Assembly (NCBI RefSeq): GCF_018977255.1
Contig: NW_024704743.1
Span: forward strand, 42,410,001 to 42,474,000
DNA length: 64,000 nucleotides
Reading direction: 5' to 3'
Origin: Callorhinchus milii
Lineage: Eukaryota
The position numbers were made by a program, and so were the translations under genes. Shown here piece after piece: positions 24,781-38,715 of this stretch. Numbering within the stretch: position 1 is the stretch's first letter; each line of letters begins with the position of its first letter. The notes below the pieces were generated by a model. It did not search any database. It was not told the DNA's origin and worked only from the letters and a program-made list of their open reading frames with translations.

Positions 24781-26374
24781 CATAATGTCACCAGGACATT
24801 GGATAAAGGAAAAACAGACACTATTCATTTCTATCAAGGTTAGAACAGTCTTCAGCAGAATTTCATTTAAAAAGGTATTGCAGTATAAATGTTTAGTTAA
24901 ATTCCATTATAAACCAAATGCACAATACAACAGCATAATAGTCAACTTAACAGAAACTGATGGTTTATAATGTTGAAGTGATTACAAGTATATGATTTGT
25001 ATATTTGTAATCACAAATCACAGCTTTCAATAGAAAGCAATGCACAGTAATTTCTATTTGATTATTGAGCCTATGCTGGTGCTGACACCTTCATTGCAGT
25101 TTACCCATTCTATTTCCTCTCTTCATACATAATAATAATAATAATAATAATCATTGCATTTGGTATAGTTCTTTCACATCAGGAGGATGTCTCAAAGCAC
25201 TTCACAGGTTATTTTGTAAAGTGTAATGATTGTGCATTTATTAACGAATGAGGCAGCCCATTTGCAAAGAGCCATTAAGTGAATGACCAATTTCATTTGG
25301 GGGATTGTTGGCCAGGACACTGAGAGAAACTCCCTTCTCTTTTCTTTAATGCCCACCTGAACAGATACAGCAATGTCCCACATATAGCCATGAAGGGAAT
25401 AATCTTGTATTATTTCCAGCCCTCTACCCAAAACTAAACACTGCACAGAAGTAATATGAATAGATATATGAACATTTCTTCCTAATTTTCTCCCCTCATC
25501 CCCCAACACGCGTCTGCTCATGCTAGTATACAGTCTCTTCACTACCAATCCTGAGTCATTTGTCTTTTGAGCCCAGACGCGAAGCATCAGCAGACAATTC
25601 AACCATACGGTGGGGAGGTCATCACAGCCAAACTCCTTTGGCCATAGAGTGGTTGCGCCATGAGAATGCTTTTTATACACCACCAACAGCACAAAAAGAG
25701 CACTGGATTGATTGTAAGAAGAGTTTGGAAGTCTCCAAGCCATGATGCACCCAATATACTCTGGGTTGAGTCAGCAGGATGCTTCCCTCAGTGAAGGGAG
25801 TGTGTATTCTATTCCATATGCAGGAATTTCCATGGAACTCTCAGTCTGGTTTGGAAACTCTTAAGCACGTTGATGGGTTTCTGCATCTGTTAGACACCCA
25901 GCTGACCAAGCCAAAGGGAAAAGACATTTTGCAAAATGAGTTGAGGTTGAGCTTGTAATGATTGATGCCATAGTGACCTTACCGTAGGGTCTTAACAGAG
26001 ACTTTGGTTACAGTAAAGTCGATCAGGCAGTACTGCTGCTTCCTGACTGAACAGTATGAACTACTTCTAACATTTGAGGTAATCTGGAGGATGTGTAATA
26101 AAGCTGAGTACACAACTTTTAAATTATCATTCAGCAGGTTGAGAGACTGCAGTCAGAATGTTGACCCCGATGCTATAGAATCTACCACACCATGCAAATA
26201 GGATGAATTTCAAACCACTGAGAGCTCAGGAGATTTACAGAAGCACTCCTACTTGAGGTTCTGTACTTTACACACGAAATTTGACATGACTAAAAGCATT
26301 CTACTTACAGGCAGCAATAAGTAATACCTTCTGTTCTTCCTGAACAGATATTGGCAGTGCCTGATGCTGTCAGG

Positions 26375-27172
26375 TACTGACAGTATCACCGTACAAGGAT
26401 GCACACTCCACTTTACTAAGCCAGTCCAAAACCTTGGTGTCTTGTTTGACCCTCAACTATCCTTTCTACCCCACATCTGTGCCATGACCCACTCTGCCTT
26501 CCCCAATCTTCGCAACATCGCCCGGCTCCGACCCTGTCTCACACCGCAGGCCGCTGAGACCCTCATACACATATTCATAACTTCCAGGCTCGAGCATGCA
26601 AACTCCTGCTTATCAGCCTCCTCAAGTCCTCCCTCCATAGGCTGCAGATCATCCAGGGCTTTGCAGCCCATGTCCTCTCCTGCACCAGGCTCCACGTCCC
26701 TGTCACCCCAACCCTCGCCTGACTCCACAGGCTTCCCATCACACAGAGGATACAGGTCAAGATCCTGGTCCTCACCTTCAAAGCCTTCCACAGTCTTGCT
26801 CCCCCCTCCCTCTGCAACCTTCTAGCCACCTATCAACTGGCTTGCTCCCTCCACTTAGCGGGCTCTGGCCTTCTTCACATCTCCCACCTCACCCAACCCA
26901 CCATTGGCAGGCAGGCCTTTTGCCACTCTTCCCTCCCCCTCTGGAACTGCATCCCGCAGTCCCTCCACCTCACCCCCTCCCTTGCTTCCTTCAAGACCCA
27001 TCTCAAGACCCTCCTCTTTGACCATGCCTTTGGTCACCCTCCTTCCCCCTCTGCCCTCCACCCTCCCCAATCCCAACTCCCAGTTCGGGTCCGAAATACT
27101 GATTTTCCAGTGCCTTGGGACGTCCTCCTGATGTGAAAGGCGCTAAACAAATGTAATTTTGTTATTGTTGTT
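26375..27172 (+). mobile_element. L2 3' fragment
   Basis: VQNLGVLFDPQLSF...NIARLRPCL...LIHIFITSRL, C-rich 3' region and tail 'tgaaaggcgctaaacaaatgtaattttgttattgttgttg'. Confidence 0.88.
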
Positions 27173-27989
27173 GAATGCCTGATAAGGTTCCAAAGTTGAT
27201 CACCAACTGAAGGCCCTGGGCCAATGCGATTATTATAAGCACCGGAGTCTTTTGTTGCTAAGAACACACAAAACATTTACTGCTCTGAAAAGTGAAAGAA
27301 AATCATAAAGCCTACATAAATCAAATATCAGTGATATTGTTACAGCAATTCTTGTGCAATCTTTATTGAACTGGAAAAAATATTAACTGCAAAAACAAGT
27401 TCATCATGAGTTTGTTTGAATATCGATTTGTTGGCTGAAAAGCCTGCGTGTTGTGGAATTTTATTCCCATTTGCTCTGTCTTTCTCCCTGTTCTGTGATG
27501 ATGTCACGGTGTGGTGCAGTGCTTTTTGCAAGCTGTCATTAAGTCACCATAAACCAAGAAATATTCATTGAGCGTGATGAGTGTCCAACTACTGTTCCAA
27601 TAACTTTAATCTCTATGTTGATGTGTAATTGGCTTCTAATGGCATCATGTGACATAGAAATCAATAGGCACCTGATACTAGTAATGTGTGAGACATCTCA
27701 ATCACAAACTAAGATAAGAGAACTGAAAACCTGCTTTTCTACTGAGCACATATCGCACAAAGATCTGTTGCTGTTGAGAATGAGATAAGACAGTTATAAT
27801 GGATCGGGCTCCAACCAACGCCCCTACTAGCTTTAGAACTCTAAAATAGCCCTCTTGTATGTTAACCAAGGCGCTTGCTAACAGTTCCATATAACCATCA
27901 TCGCAATTAAATGCAATTAAATGCACTCGTAAAATAGTTCCTTCATTGAGATGGTGTATATTTGTGTGTATATAAATGTATCTTTTGGT

Positions 27990-28258
27990 TGAGATGTTGA
28001 ACTGATGTCCTGTCTGCCTGTTCAGGAGGATGTTAAAGATCCCATGGCTTTATTCAAAAAAGGAAAGCAACTTCTGGGCAACAATCACCCGAATAAAGTT
28101 GGTCATTCACCTCGCAGCTGTTTGTGGGACATCACTGCGTGCAAATTGGCTGCCGGGTTCACCTGCAAAACACAGTCACTACATGTTACAGTATATCCTG
28201 AGGTGTTCTCCCGATGTGAAAGATGCTGTACCAAATGTGAGGGTTATTTATTATTATT
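27990..28258 (+). mobile_element. Deu-domain SINE fragment
   Basis: 'gagatgttgaac...ctgcctgttcaggaggatgttaaagatcccatggc' plus the shared tail. Confidence 0.7.
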
Positions 28259-28393
28259 TTAACACATTGTCAAGCTGTGAGGCCTGGCTCAGTTGGTAGT
28301 ACTCTCACCTACAAATCAAAAAGTTGTGCGGTCAAACTGCTGTGCACAATTGGCTGCCGTGTTTCGCCCACAAAATACACAGTCACTATACTT

Positions 28394-28719
28394 TAATAAT
28401 AATAATAATAATAATCCTTGCATTTGATATAGCACTTTTCACGTCGGGAGGATGTCCCAAAGCGCTTCACAGAACACACTGTAAAGTGAATTGACTGTAT
28501 ATTTGTGGGCGAACGCGGCAGCCAATTGCGCACAGCAATGTCCCACAAACAGTCGTAGATTGAAAATGACCAATTTATTATTGTTTTTTTTGGTTTTGGA
28601 GGGATTATTAGTAGGCGTGTGGAGTAAGGAAACTTGCCCAAGGTTTCGCTCTGCCTGAAATTGAACTCAGGTCTCTCACTTGCAAAGCGAGTGCTCTAAC
28701 CACTGAGCTACAGGACTCC
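28394..28719 (-). mobile_element. tRNA-derived SINE, short-centre form, full length
   Basis: Full head ggagtcctgtagctcagtggttagagc to (tta)7 tail; nearly identical to 58969-59290. Confidence 0.93.
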
Positions 28720-28799
28720 TATACTGTAAAGCGCTTTGAGACGTCTTGAAGGCATGATAAGGCACTATGTCAAATGCAAGAATTGTTATTATTATTATC

Positions 28800-29240
28800 A
28801 GATCTTTGAGCTTGTATACTCTAGGCTGACATTCCAGTACAATTTTGGAGTAGTCCTGTATCATGAGAGGATATCGGTTTTCAGATGAGATATTAAACCA
28901 AGTTCGCATCTGCCTGTTTGGGTGGATGCTAATGATCCTCTTTCACTACATGAGAAGAGAAGGAATTTATAATAATCATTGATTTGATATAACGCCTTAT
29001 CACATTGTCAAGACATCTCTATTTCTCCCAGTGGCCTGGCCAACAATCCTCCAATTAAAAAATTATCTCACTTTGTGGCTGTTTGGGAGACCGCTGTGCG
29101 AAAGTTGGCTGCTGGTTTTGCCTAGAAAATACACAGATACTACACTTTATAGTAAAATCTGTGTAACTTTTTAAGATGGTTAGCCAACATGGTAAAACAT
29201 AATATCAAATGCAAAGATTAATATTATTATTGCTATTATA
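28800..29240 (+). mobile_element. Deu-domain SINE, degenerate and interrupted
   Basis: 'gctgacattccagtac...cagatgagatattaaacc...ctgcctgtttgggtggatg'. Confidence 0.65.
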
Positions 29241-29539
29241 AGTGCAGCTGCCCATGTGTTTACACCACTTTACAAACAAAATGTACGAATAAGTAAAACA
29301 CTTTCAATTATTTTAGATGATATCTACAAATCAAACATGATTTGCTCAAAGTTTATGAAATGATTGAAACCTCCATCAGCCCATCAGAATTTTACTCTTA
29401 ACCGTGCAGGTTTAAAACCATTTTAAGAAATCATATTTCAGATTCTAATAATAGTTAGAACATAAGAGTTTGGAGTCTACTTCATGATGATTCCAGTGGA
29501 TCTTTTCATTATATTTTTAACTATAGGAAATCCATAATA

Positions 29540-29787
29540 CGTTTTAGCAGATTTTTAAAGGCAGGGAGAGAGGAGCAGTTGCAAGGAAAGAGAGTTGCAG
29601 AGGACAGAGCACTTGATGACTCGAAGCTCAGGCAGTAGATTGAAGGGAATGGGCGAGAAAGGATTGAGCAACAGAGTAGAAGAGCAGAGGGTATGTTCTG
29701 GAATGAAGGAGTAGAGAAGATTGCAGTTAGCATGGGAATTGAAGGTAATTGGTGATGTAGAGTTAGGCATCATCGGGATACATATCA
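29540..29787 (-). mobile_element. L2 RT fragment
   Basis: Minus strand 'atgtatcccgatgatgcctaactctacatc' (Y.DD..LY), C-rich on the minus strand. Confidence 0.55.
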
Positions 29788-29789
29788 CA

Positions 29790-30180
29790 GAATCATAGAA
29801 TTATACAGCCCATTTCACCAGTCTGTCTACATCCTCTTGTAGTCTGCTACTATCCTCCTCACCATTTACTACTCTTCCTAGCTTAGTATAATCTGTAAAC
29901 TTGGAAATTGTACTCCCTATGTCCAAGTCCATATCATTTATATAGATCAAAAACAGCAATGGTCCCAATACCGACCCCTGGGGGAACACCACTGTACACT
30001 TCCCTCCAGTCAGAAAAACAACCGTTCACCATCACTCTCTGTTTTCTGTCTCCCAGCCAGTTCTGTATCCATGCTGCCACTGTTCCTTTAATACCGTGAG
30101 CTTCTATTTTGCTTGCAAGTCTCTTGTGGCACTTTAATAAACATGTTTTGAAAATCCATGTAATATACATCAACTGCACT
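29790..30180 (-). mobile_element. CR1 RT fragment joined directly to a CR1 3' terminus
   Basis: PQGSVLGPLLFLIYINDMD...SKFTD...RLVKWA on the minus strand, immediately followed by the tail 'gctgtataattctatgattct'. Confidence 0.85.
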
Positions 30181-31674
30181 AACTTCAAAATATGAAAGCT
30201 ACCTGATTCTTTTAGACGATGTCGTCAAAGCACAATAAATTATATATAGATTGGGATATGTTTTAGATCTGTTGACATTTAAAACTCCCATCTTTTTCCT
30301 GGTAATATCATTGTAAGTAATGATTTAATGATTCAAGCGCTCCAAGATACTAATCACGTGAAAGGCATTATATAAATGCAAATTGTGTTGTTGTTGATTC
30401 TGTATCAACTCATCTCCTAGGAGCTTGATGTTGAATTAATTCTCACCCAGATATTTGTTTAATGTTTAGACCTTTCTTGCAAAACCATGTGTGACTATTA
30501 TAAAGATGAAGAAACCATAGATCACGCCGAACACTCTATTAAATTATTGAGTTGAAAAATATAATGTTTCCTAACAGATTCAATGCAATAATGATAAAAT
30601 CAAATTGGTTATGAAGATTTGCAATTTCACTCATGTATTTCTGGGTGTCATACTGAAATAAGAATTGTTCCTTGATATTTCTTTAATGTTGTTACAATAG
30701 AGACATTTTCCTTGAATACATTTAATAATTCTGCTAGCTGAACCATATGCAAAAATAATTCCTCTCTGGGACCTGACAACAGTACAATATCATTGCATGG
30801 TGTGAAGATCTTCAACATTGCTATCACCTTAAATATAAATTACCTTGGAAAACTAAATTATTCATGTTTTCTAGTTACAGTGAAAGAAAGTTTATTTTTC
30901 TCTGGGACTCTCATCTTTTTCTCATCAGTTTGTTTACTTGCTTTATTCTCCCCTGTGTGTTTTTATCTGTCTTTTCTATCTAGAGGCTGACAGTTCTCTT
31001 GCTTTCTATGATCCATGCCCACACAGATATGTTTCTTCATTTCATTTAATTATCTTTTAATGCTGCATTATTATTTTGTTTTTATTTCCCTCCCAGTTCT
31101 GCCATTTGTTTTCTTGTTCAGCTTTGCACTTCTGTTCGCAGCTGTCGATTTTTTTTATTCTGATGTATCCTCTCCACAGCATGATATGGTGATTCAAAAG
31201 CATTTGCTATGTTCTAACATGATTAGATTGCATCATTCACTGGGTGAATCGGAAACACTTAGAAGTGGAATTTCAGAGTGAGTCCTGTGTTCTGCATTAT
31301 GTAGTGTGACAATTGACTTTGAAATATGAGTGTTACAGTGAGGGACTCCAAGTCCAATATTTGTCTTTCGTTTTATGTATTTGTTATTAAACATGAACCT
31401 CAGCAGCTGGCACATTGAAATACTTTCACAATTGTTTCACTTGGGTTATTCTACTTTAGAAACTGCCTGTTTGTGGGACATTGCAGTGTGCAAATTGGCT
31501 GTCACATTTGTCTTGAAATGCATGGTCACTGCACTTTACAGTATATCCTATGGAGTGCTTTGAAACGTCCTCTGAAAATGAAAGGCGCTATAGCAAATGT
31601 AAGTATTATTCTTATAAAAGTGCTTCCTCTATATATTCTTCTTATCACTGAATGAATAATCTTGAGAATAGGTG

Positions 31675-32030
31675 TCAGCCTGGCTCAGTTGGTAGCACTC
31701 TCGTCTGAGGCAGAAGCTTGTGGGTTAAATCCTACATCAGGACATTGAACTCACACAGTTTATGCTGACACTCCACTGCAGTGCTGGGGGTTGCTGCCTT
31801 GTAGGAGGTGCCGTCATTCATATGAGTTGTTAAACCAAGATCCTATCTGCCTGTTCAGGTAAACATTAAAGATCCCAGGGTACTATTCAAAAAGAGAAGA
31901 GTTTCTCCCCATGTCCTGGCCAACAATCTTTCAAATAAAATTGATTATTCATTTCATGGCTGTTTGTGAGACTTGCTGTGCACAAATTAGCTGTGGTGTT
32001 CATTTAAAAAATAAACATTCACTACACATT
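31675..32030 (+). mobile_element. Deu-domain SINE, near full length
   Basis: Head 'tcagcctggctcagttggtagcactctcg', 'gctgacactccactgcagtgctg', Deu core 'taaagatcccagggtactattc'. Confidence 0.8.
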
Positions 32031-32169
32031 AGTTTTCTTCCATCTTCTTTATCTTCCCCTCTTTCTAAACTCAGCAACAAGTGGGAACAGTCCATCATTG
32101 TTCAGCTTATCGAATTGTCTCATAATCTTAAAACACTTGTATCAGGTTCCTACTCAACCACCTGACTTT

Positions 32170-32405
32170 CAGAGAGAGAAGTTCCAACAAGACACTGGAA
32201 GAAACTTTTCTCTTTTTGAATAGTAGAATAGAATCTTTAACACCCATCTCAACAGGCAGACTGCACCTAAGTTTAATGTCTTACTTGAAGGATAACACCT
32301 CCAACAATGCAGCAAGCCCCCAGAAGTGCACTGGAGTATTAGTTTAGACAGTGAGCTGCGGTGAGATTTAAACCCACATCCTTCTGACCTAGAAGAGCTT
32401 AGCAC
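32170..32405 (-). mobile_element. Deu-domain SINE, inverted relative to 31675-32030
   Basis: Reverse complement of head and Deu core (ttaaacttaggtgcagtctgcctgttgagatgggtgttaaagattc). Confidence 0.7.
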
Positions 32406-35400
32406 TGAACACTAGGAATGCTCATCTTTGCTCTTACCATTTATCATCCATTACATAATTGGGCATTTAGTTGTCTGTACAATAACTTACAATTATTCCT
32501 GTCCTCGTGCATCAGCAATCGATTAAAACATCCATGATAATCAATGATTAAATGTGGAAAGGCTTCATCATGTCACCAGTAGATAGAGTAAGACTTTTTG
32601 AAAAAGGGATGAAGTGAATAATGCATATTTATTTCATAAATTGGTTAAACAATTTAATTATCTTTCTCTATTACTGAGTGGCAATCGATGAAGAAACTGC
32701 ACCTTCTAGTAATGTACGATTCAGGGACATCTTTATTCACATATTCTGTGGGTAGTAGTTGTGTATCTTCATGATGTCTGTTCTTCTTTCCTACAAAATA
32801 TCTTTTCATTAATGATTTAATTTTCTGAGGAAAGGAAATGCATCCTCCCAAACTGAGGTCAGACTGCGTGGGGAGAGAGAAGGGTTGTCACTGTGGAGGC
32901 AAGAGAAAGTAATTGGCAGAGTGTGGGAGGAGTGAAAAGGTCTAGCACCGTGGGGGAATCCCTGGGAAGAGAGATGAGGCTATCAATGTGTGGGAAGAGA
33001 GGCTGGTACAGTGTAGCTTCAGGAGAACCATAGTAATGGTAACTGTACCACGGTAACAGTAAAACTCCAGGTAGTTAATGCTGTAGATTGTGTTTCACAT
33101 GATGATCTAATATCTACAATGCCTTTATATTCACATTGGTGCCAGGCACAATCATTATAGATATTGGGTTCACTGTGGTACTGTCATATGAAGTGTGCTC
33201 TATTGGTAAATTAAGGGTAATGGTGTTGAAAAACAGAAGTGGCAGTTTTATCTTGAATATCCTAAGATGCCAACTGAGTCTCCAGCATGGAATTCTATAT
33301 ATGTCACACTGACTCCTGAGGCCTAGTCCCTGACTCAAGATTGCTTCAGAACTGAGTGCTGATGGTCTGGTGGGACCTACATGTGGTACCTTACCATCAG
33401 AGAGGTGCCAGTAACACAACCACTTTCCTGAATAACATGTTTTCAACTACAGTGTTTTCAATAAAGAGATCCACACATATTTTCCATTTGAACCTCCAGT
33501 TATATTGGGGGGAGGGGGGAGGGGATCTCTCCTTGTATCCTTTATTTTGGCAATAAGTGCATAGTGAAGTGGCAACTTTGGTGACCGCTATCCACCAGGG
33601 AGTAAACTTACTGATCTGTGGCAGTGTCTGTTTATAATGGGAATTCCCATTCATTGTATGCACAATTGACTGGCAAGCACACAATAATCCCTTTAACATT
33701 TGACATGGCAGGAACAATTCATGGTACCTTCACACTTTATATGAGAAAAGCTGCTCCAGGTTTAAAAGGCTTTATCCATCAAAAATGTGACAATTTAAAG
33801 AAGCCGTTCACACAAATATGTGTCTCTTTATTAGATTTTGTAAAGTTACATGGAAGTTGTGAGTCACCCTTCTCTTTAAGTAGATACAGTCTCCATGCTG
33901 TGAGCTGTGAATATTAACTGATGCTGTGGGGAACAGATAGAAGCTCATTATCTACTCTGATGGGTTTAACCCTTTGATCCTCAAAAGTGCTCATTATGAG
34001 GCAAAGATGAGTTGAGAAAGTGGCGTTTTCAACTTGTTTCCGATTCACTCCATACTTAAAATGCTTCAGCCCTCTTACTTTATCTGGGGGACAGTCAAAT
34101 GGTAACTTAGTAATGCAGAATAGTTCTGAGAGTAGTGGACTCCTCGCCTGGCCATTCAACTTCTCACAAGAAATCACAGCCTTGTGCATTCACAGCTTTC
34201 CACCAATATCCTGACTTCTTATGCTCTACTTGATTGCCCACAGTAAGCAAGCTTTACTTGTCAACAATAATGAAAATAATTTTGAGACTTTTTGATAATA
34301 AGAATAATAATCTTTATACTTGGCATGGTGCCTTACATATCGAGATGATGTGACAAGGTGTATAAAAGCTTACAGCATTTCAATCTTATTAATCAGTACA
34401 GTTCACGTACAGTAAAATGCCCGAACTGAGCTCTAACCAACCTCACATCTATTTAAATGCAGCATACAGCCTGACCCCAAACAAATGTTTAGGCAGCTCT
34501 CACTTACATATAACCATAACGTGTCGGGTTCCAGTGTGCATCACAATGTTACTGCAACGCATACAGGACTGAACTCTTTTTATCAGAACAACTGCTGTTT
34601 CATATCCATTTTTATCCATTTCTTGCTGTGTTGGCAATACAGCTTACTGCTATATGCATGTGCAGCACATAGGAAGTGGATCCCAACCACCACGTAATAC
34701 TAGGGTTCCACTGTAATTCAGGAGTGAGATAGAGATCAGAGTAGATTTCAAGGGGATCTGCCGACTACACAACTGAAATCTATCAGTTACAAATCCCTTT
34801 GCAAACCTGACATTTTCACATCTCACAATCTCACACCCAACTATCATGATAATAGTATTAAATGGCTTTCACGCTAAATCCAGAACAAAATGAAGCACAT
34901 CACACTGGCCTTGACCTCCTTTTTAAGAGTGGATCTACTCAAAGCTCATATTTTTATAGAAGGTCAATGTTGAGTACAATGTCGTCTGCAGCATTGTCAC
35001 ATCCTTCCCTGCTGGGTAAGAAAACTGTTGAAGGTAAAAATTCTGTATTCAGTTTTCTCTCTCAGACTAAAAGAGCAGTGAAGGTATCATAATTCCAATA
35101 AATCTCTTACACTGAACACACAGACTTTATTGTAACTTGTAACTTTATTGTAACAAAATGCTAGTCAATTTATCCTAGAAATAAAAGCCTGAACAATAGA
35201 CCTGTTAGTTTGTGATGTGGGTTACATATTATTACTGCATTTCATAGGCATGTTGTACTTGTACATTATATGGAGTCCTGTAGTGGTTAGTTCACTCGCC
35301 ATGCAAGCGAGTGCAAATCATCCATAGTTAAAAACAAACACCAAGGAAGGAGAGGGATAATCTCCATTCGAATAGATATCAGGCTTGCCGTTGTAAGACC

Positions 35401-36205
35401 TTACCCTCACTGATTTAGCTAATTAAGCTTAAAGAACTGATAAACTTTGAAAACCAATGAACTGAAGGCTCCAACTTCATTGGAAAGCTTCTGACTAAAA
35501 TAGGATAAACTAAAAAAAATTGAAGAATACTTAGAGCAAAACGTTGAAACCTAAATACTCCCTTGCCTAAATCAGGTCTAAGCCATTCTTCGGAGAATCT
35601 ACTTTTTCAATAAATTTGAATGTACAGGACTCTGTGTAAACGTTAGCAGTTCAACACTAATCGCATTTCTGCCAGGAATTTCCCAATGTAATTAAGTTAG
35701 CAAATTGCACAGTACTATTGATACAATTGCCCTTAGCCAAATACAATACTTATGTCTACTCCAGCTTGTCAGTGGGGATGGTGACTGCAGCCCGAGGAAA
35801 ATCACACTTGCAAAGCTCTGATCTCTGAGGGGATTTAGGGCTGTGGAGTTGGACATTATCTGTTTCAGTCCTGGTTGATAAATGGATATTATCACATTTA
35901 TTATGCAATTGAAGGAATAGATTTTAAGGTGGGATTTAAAAGTGGGGTTTACAGCACAGAGAACCGAGATGGAGTTCCAGTCCACAGCGTGAGTGCAGAA
36001 TGGTTGAAACCTCACCCATAGACATTATTCTATGTGAAGGACACTATATAAATGCAAGTTCTTGGTGTCAATGAATTAACACTGTCAATTATTACCACAT
36101 CACAAGTTGATGGGCTTCTGAGCATGTACTGTATCTACCTGATTGATAGCCATTCCTTTACATGCATCGCTTGTCACAGCTCTGTACTCTCTTTTCCTTT
36201 TACAG

Positions 36206-36500
36206 CTTCATTCTGACGCTGACAAAGGAGATGGCACCCTCAAGTACATTCTTTCAGGTGACGGGGCTGGTACTGTGTTCACTATCGATGAAAACACAGG
36301 GGACATTCATGCGACAAAGAAAATGGACCGGGAAGAAAGATCTTTTTACGCGCTCCGGGCTCAGGCCATTGAAAGGCGGACTGGTAGGCCTGTCGAGCCA
36401 GAATCTGAGTTTATTATCAAAATCCACGACATCAATGACAACGAGCCAAAGTTTTCTAAAGAAACTTATATCACTAACGTACCAGAAATGTCAGACGTTG
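36206..36500 (+). CDS. CDH10: Type II cadherin coding exon 2 (EC1 into EC2)
   Basis: 'cttttccttttacag|CTT CAT TCT GAC' gives [22 protein letters not shown]...DREE...[17 protein letters not shown]...VPEMSDV. 295 nt, donor 'G|gtaagt', phase 1. Confidence 0.95.
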
Positions 36501-38584
36501 GTAAGTGCAAAACTGAACCTTGTAATAAAGCAATTGTTAAATCACAGGTATTTCAAAAAGGAGGACCCAGGCCAGCAGAGAACTTTGTTAAATATTGTCA
36601 GTGGTTTCAGCTTTTCATAAAAACGTTTACAGTAGCTGATTTTCACCTGAATAGAAGTTTGTCAGAGATGGAGAGTGTGCCACTGTTCCAACTCAGAGTC
36701 TGACATTCAGTGTCAGCAACAACTACTTTCAAGACAGATATAATGTGGCTACAGTATAGGATGGACACAGAGTTAAAGCACCCACCATTGTGATCCAACG
36801 ATGTGCCTTGACCCAATTCTGAATGGGAAGCTAAAATGTCCATTTACCAAAAAAGTCATCTCGAGGGAACTGTCAATTTCAAAACAATTACTGTCAAATT
36901 GAACGAAATGAGGCTCTATGATGCTAGGATTTGAACTAATACTTGTCAAGCACATTTCACTTAGCATCCTTATATCCGTCATGAGAGCAGACTCGTCAGT
37001 CTAGGGTAAATTCAAATCCAATGTAAGAGAACGTACTTGCCCTCTGTGCCACCCTAACTGCCTTGAGGAAATGCATTTGACAGTAGAATGTAATGCTTAA
37101 TCATTAAATAACTGTTTTTAGAAAAGCCTCTTCCAGTAGGTGTGACCACAGTATTGACAAACAATACCGCAAAATAATACAAGATTCCTCAAGTTCAGTA
37201 AAATATCCTCAAAAAACATGAGGACATTTTTCTTAACCATCTTGTTGTCTCTGATTGTCAGCAATACAGGATAGTATTTTGTCTGCTAGCAACATTGCCA
37301 GTGCTGCCTTCTAATTTCTGCTGTATGCAAAATGGCATGTCACATTTTTTGAAAGCCGTCAAATGGCAAAAAAATGCCAGAGAGTGGACCTGAGCTGGAT
37401 GTTAAGCTCCGTGACTTTTTAATGTACTTTGGTAGCTTTTAGTAATAACAAACGTGCATTTTAAAAATCTCATATATTAGAAGCCAAAACAGAATTTGAA
37501 TTAGGAGACAAACTAAATTCACAAATAGCCATTCCCACCCTTTGAGAATGTCCTAAATTAGACCCAGTGGCATGATTTCCAAGATGTTTTCAACTTTATC
37601 TCAATACTTAGATTTTTATTGGGTTGTTCACATTCTACTCTTCAACCTTCAAATATCCACTCCTACTACTGTCTAGTCAAGATAGTAGACAGCGATTCTC
37701 CCAATCCTCTTTGAGTCATTCTCTAGTGTGACCCACTCTTCTGCCATCCTCTGTCCTTCACAGTGCCGTTCTGCCCTGTGCCTCTCCACACTGTGTCAGC
37801 CCGGATGAACCTTGTTAAAGATTGGGCAGTCATCTTCTGTGTGCTTTGCCCTTATTTGGGTTTGGTGGAAATCACCAGCAGAGCTCCAGAGTCAGCCTGA
37901 GACACATTTGAACACCTGCAGCATTCATTATTTACACATCAGAACCACTGTTATAATATCAAAAGATCACAACCAGCAACAATGAGAACCCACTGAGTGA
38001 ATAAATAGCCATTTAAAGGCATAATCCAAAAGCATTGATCCAGATGGAAGTAGCGTAGCAGTATCAGAGACTCAGACATAGTGCTGCTGTGCTGCTGCCA
38101 CAGTTAGACTTCATATCTATTTTTCTGCTTGGGTGTTTTGCTGGTGAGGTTCACAGTCTGATGTTTAAGAAACTAAGTGCCAGTATTCAGGCTCCATTTG
38201 TTACCATGTTGACTGGCTCTCTGTTCCTGCCATGACATTGATTGGTTTTACTATGGAGCCAGAATATTTGCCAATGGGACATCGCTACAGCCAAAGGGAG
38301 AAACCTATCACCCAAAAAAAAGTTAGCTCAAAATAAATTCTGGTGTAGTTAAACCCTCGTTTATTAGTGCCTAACTTAGAGACCTTAAATTGAACAAGCA
38401 AATCAGGGCATTGTGTCCTTGAATACTACAATGCAGTCCATTGAGTATTGAAAGTATCCCAGTGACATAATCAGGCAAGACAGAGAAGCAGACAAAACTG
38501 ACATTATTATGCCAGGAGCTAAAAGAATGTCCTGTCAATCATGTTCTTTCTTTACTATGTTCTGACTAATAGAATCTAGATAAC

Positions 38585-38715
38585 TTTTCTTTTCGTCCTT
38601 CAATTCTCTTCTCTTTTCCCCTGAAAACACTAACTGACGCTAGAGATACAGATCCTGATCCATAGAGCACCTCCAGCACCTCATCCAAATAGCCACTCTT
38701 GGTAACTTGTGAGCA
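38585..38715 (-). mobile_element. LF-SINE-like 3' relic
   Basis: 'cacctcatccaaatagccactctt..tgtgagc' also occurs at 6135-6245 and resembles the LF-SINE 3' region as I recall it; not database-checked. Confidence 0.45.

Noticed and set aside
24548..24970. Recurrent ORFs such as MGKFPYS...KCKDYYYY (also 28393, 58908, 63588)
   Set aside because: Chance translations of SINE copies.
34400..34715. Possible Tigger-like element ending 'agggttccactgta'
   Set aside because: Only one convincing terminal repeat found.
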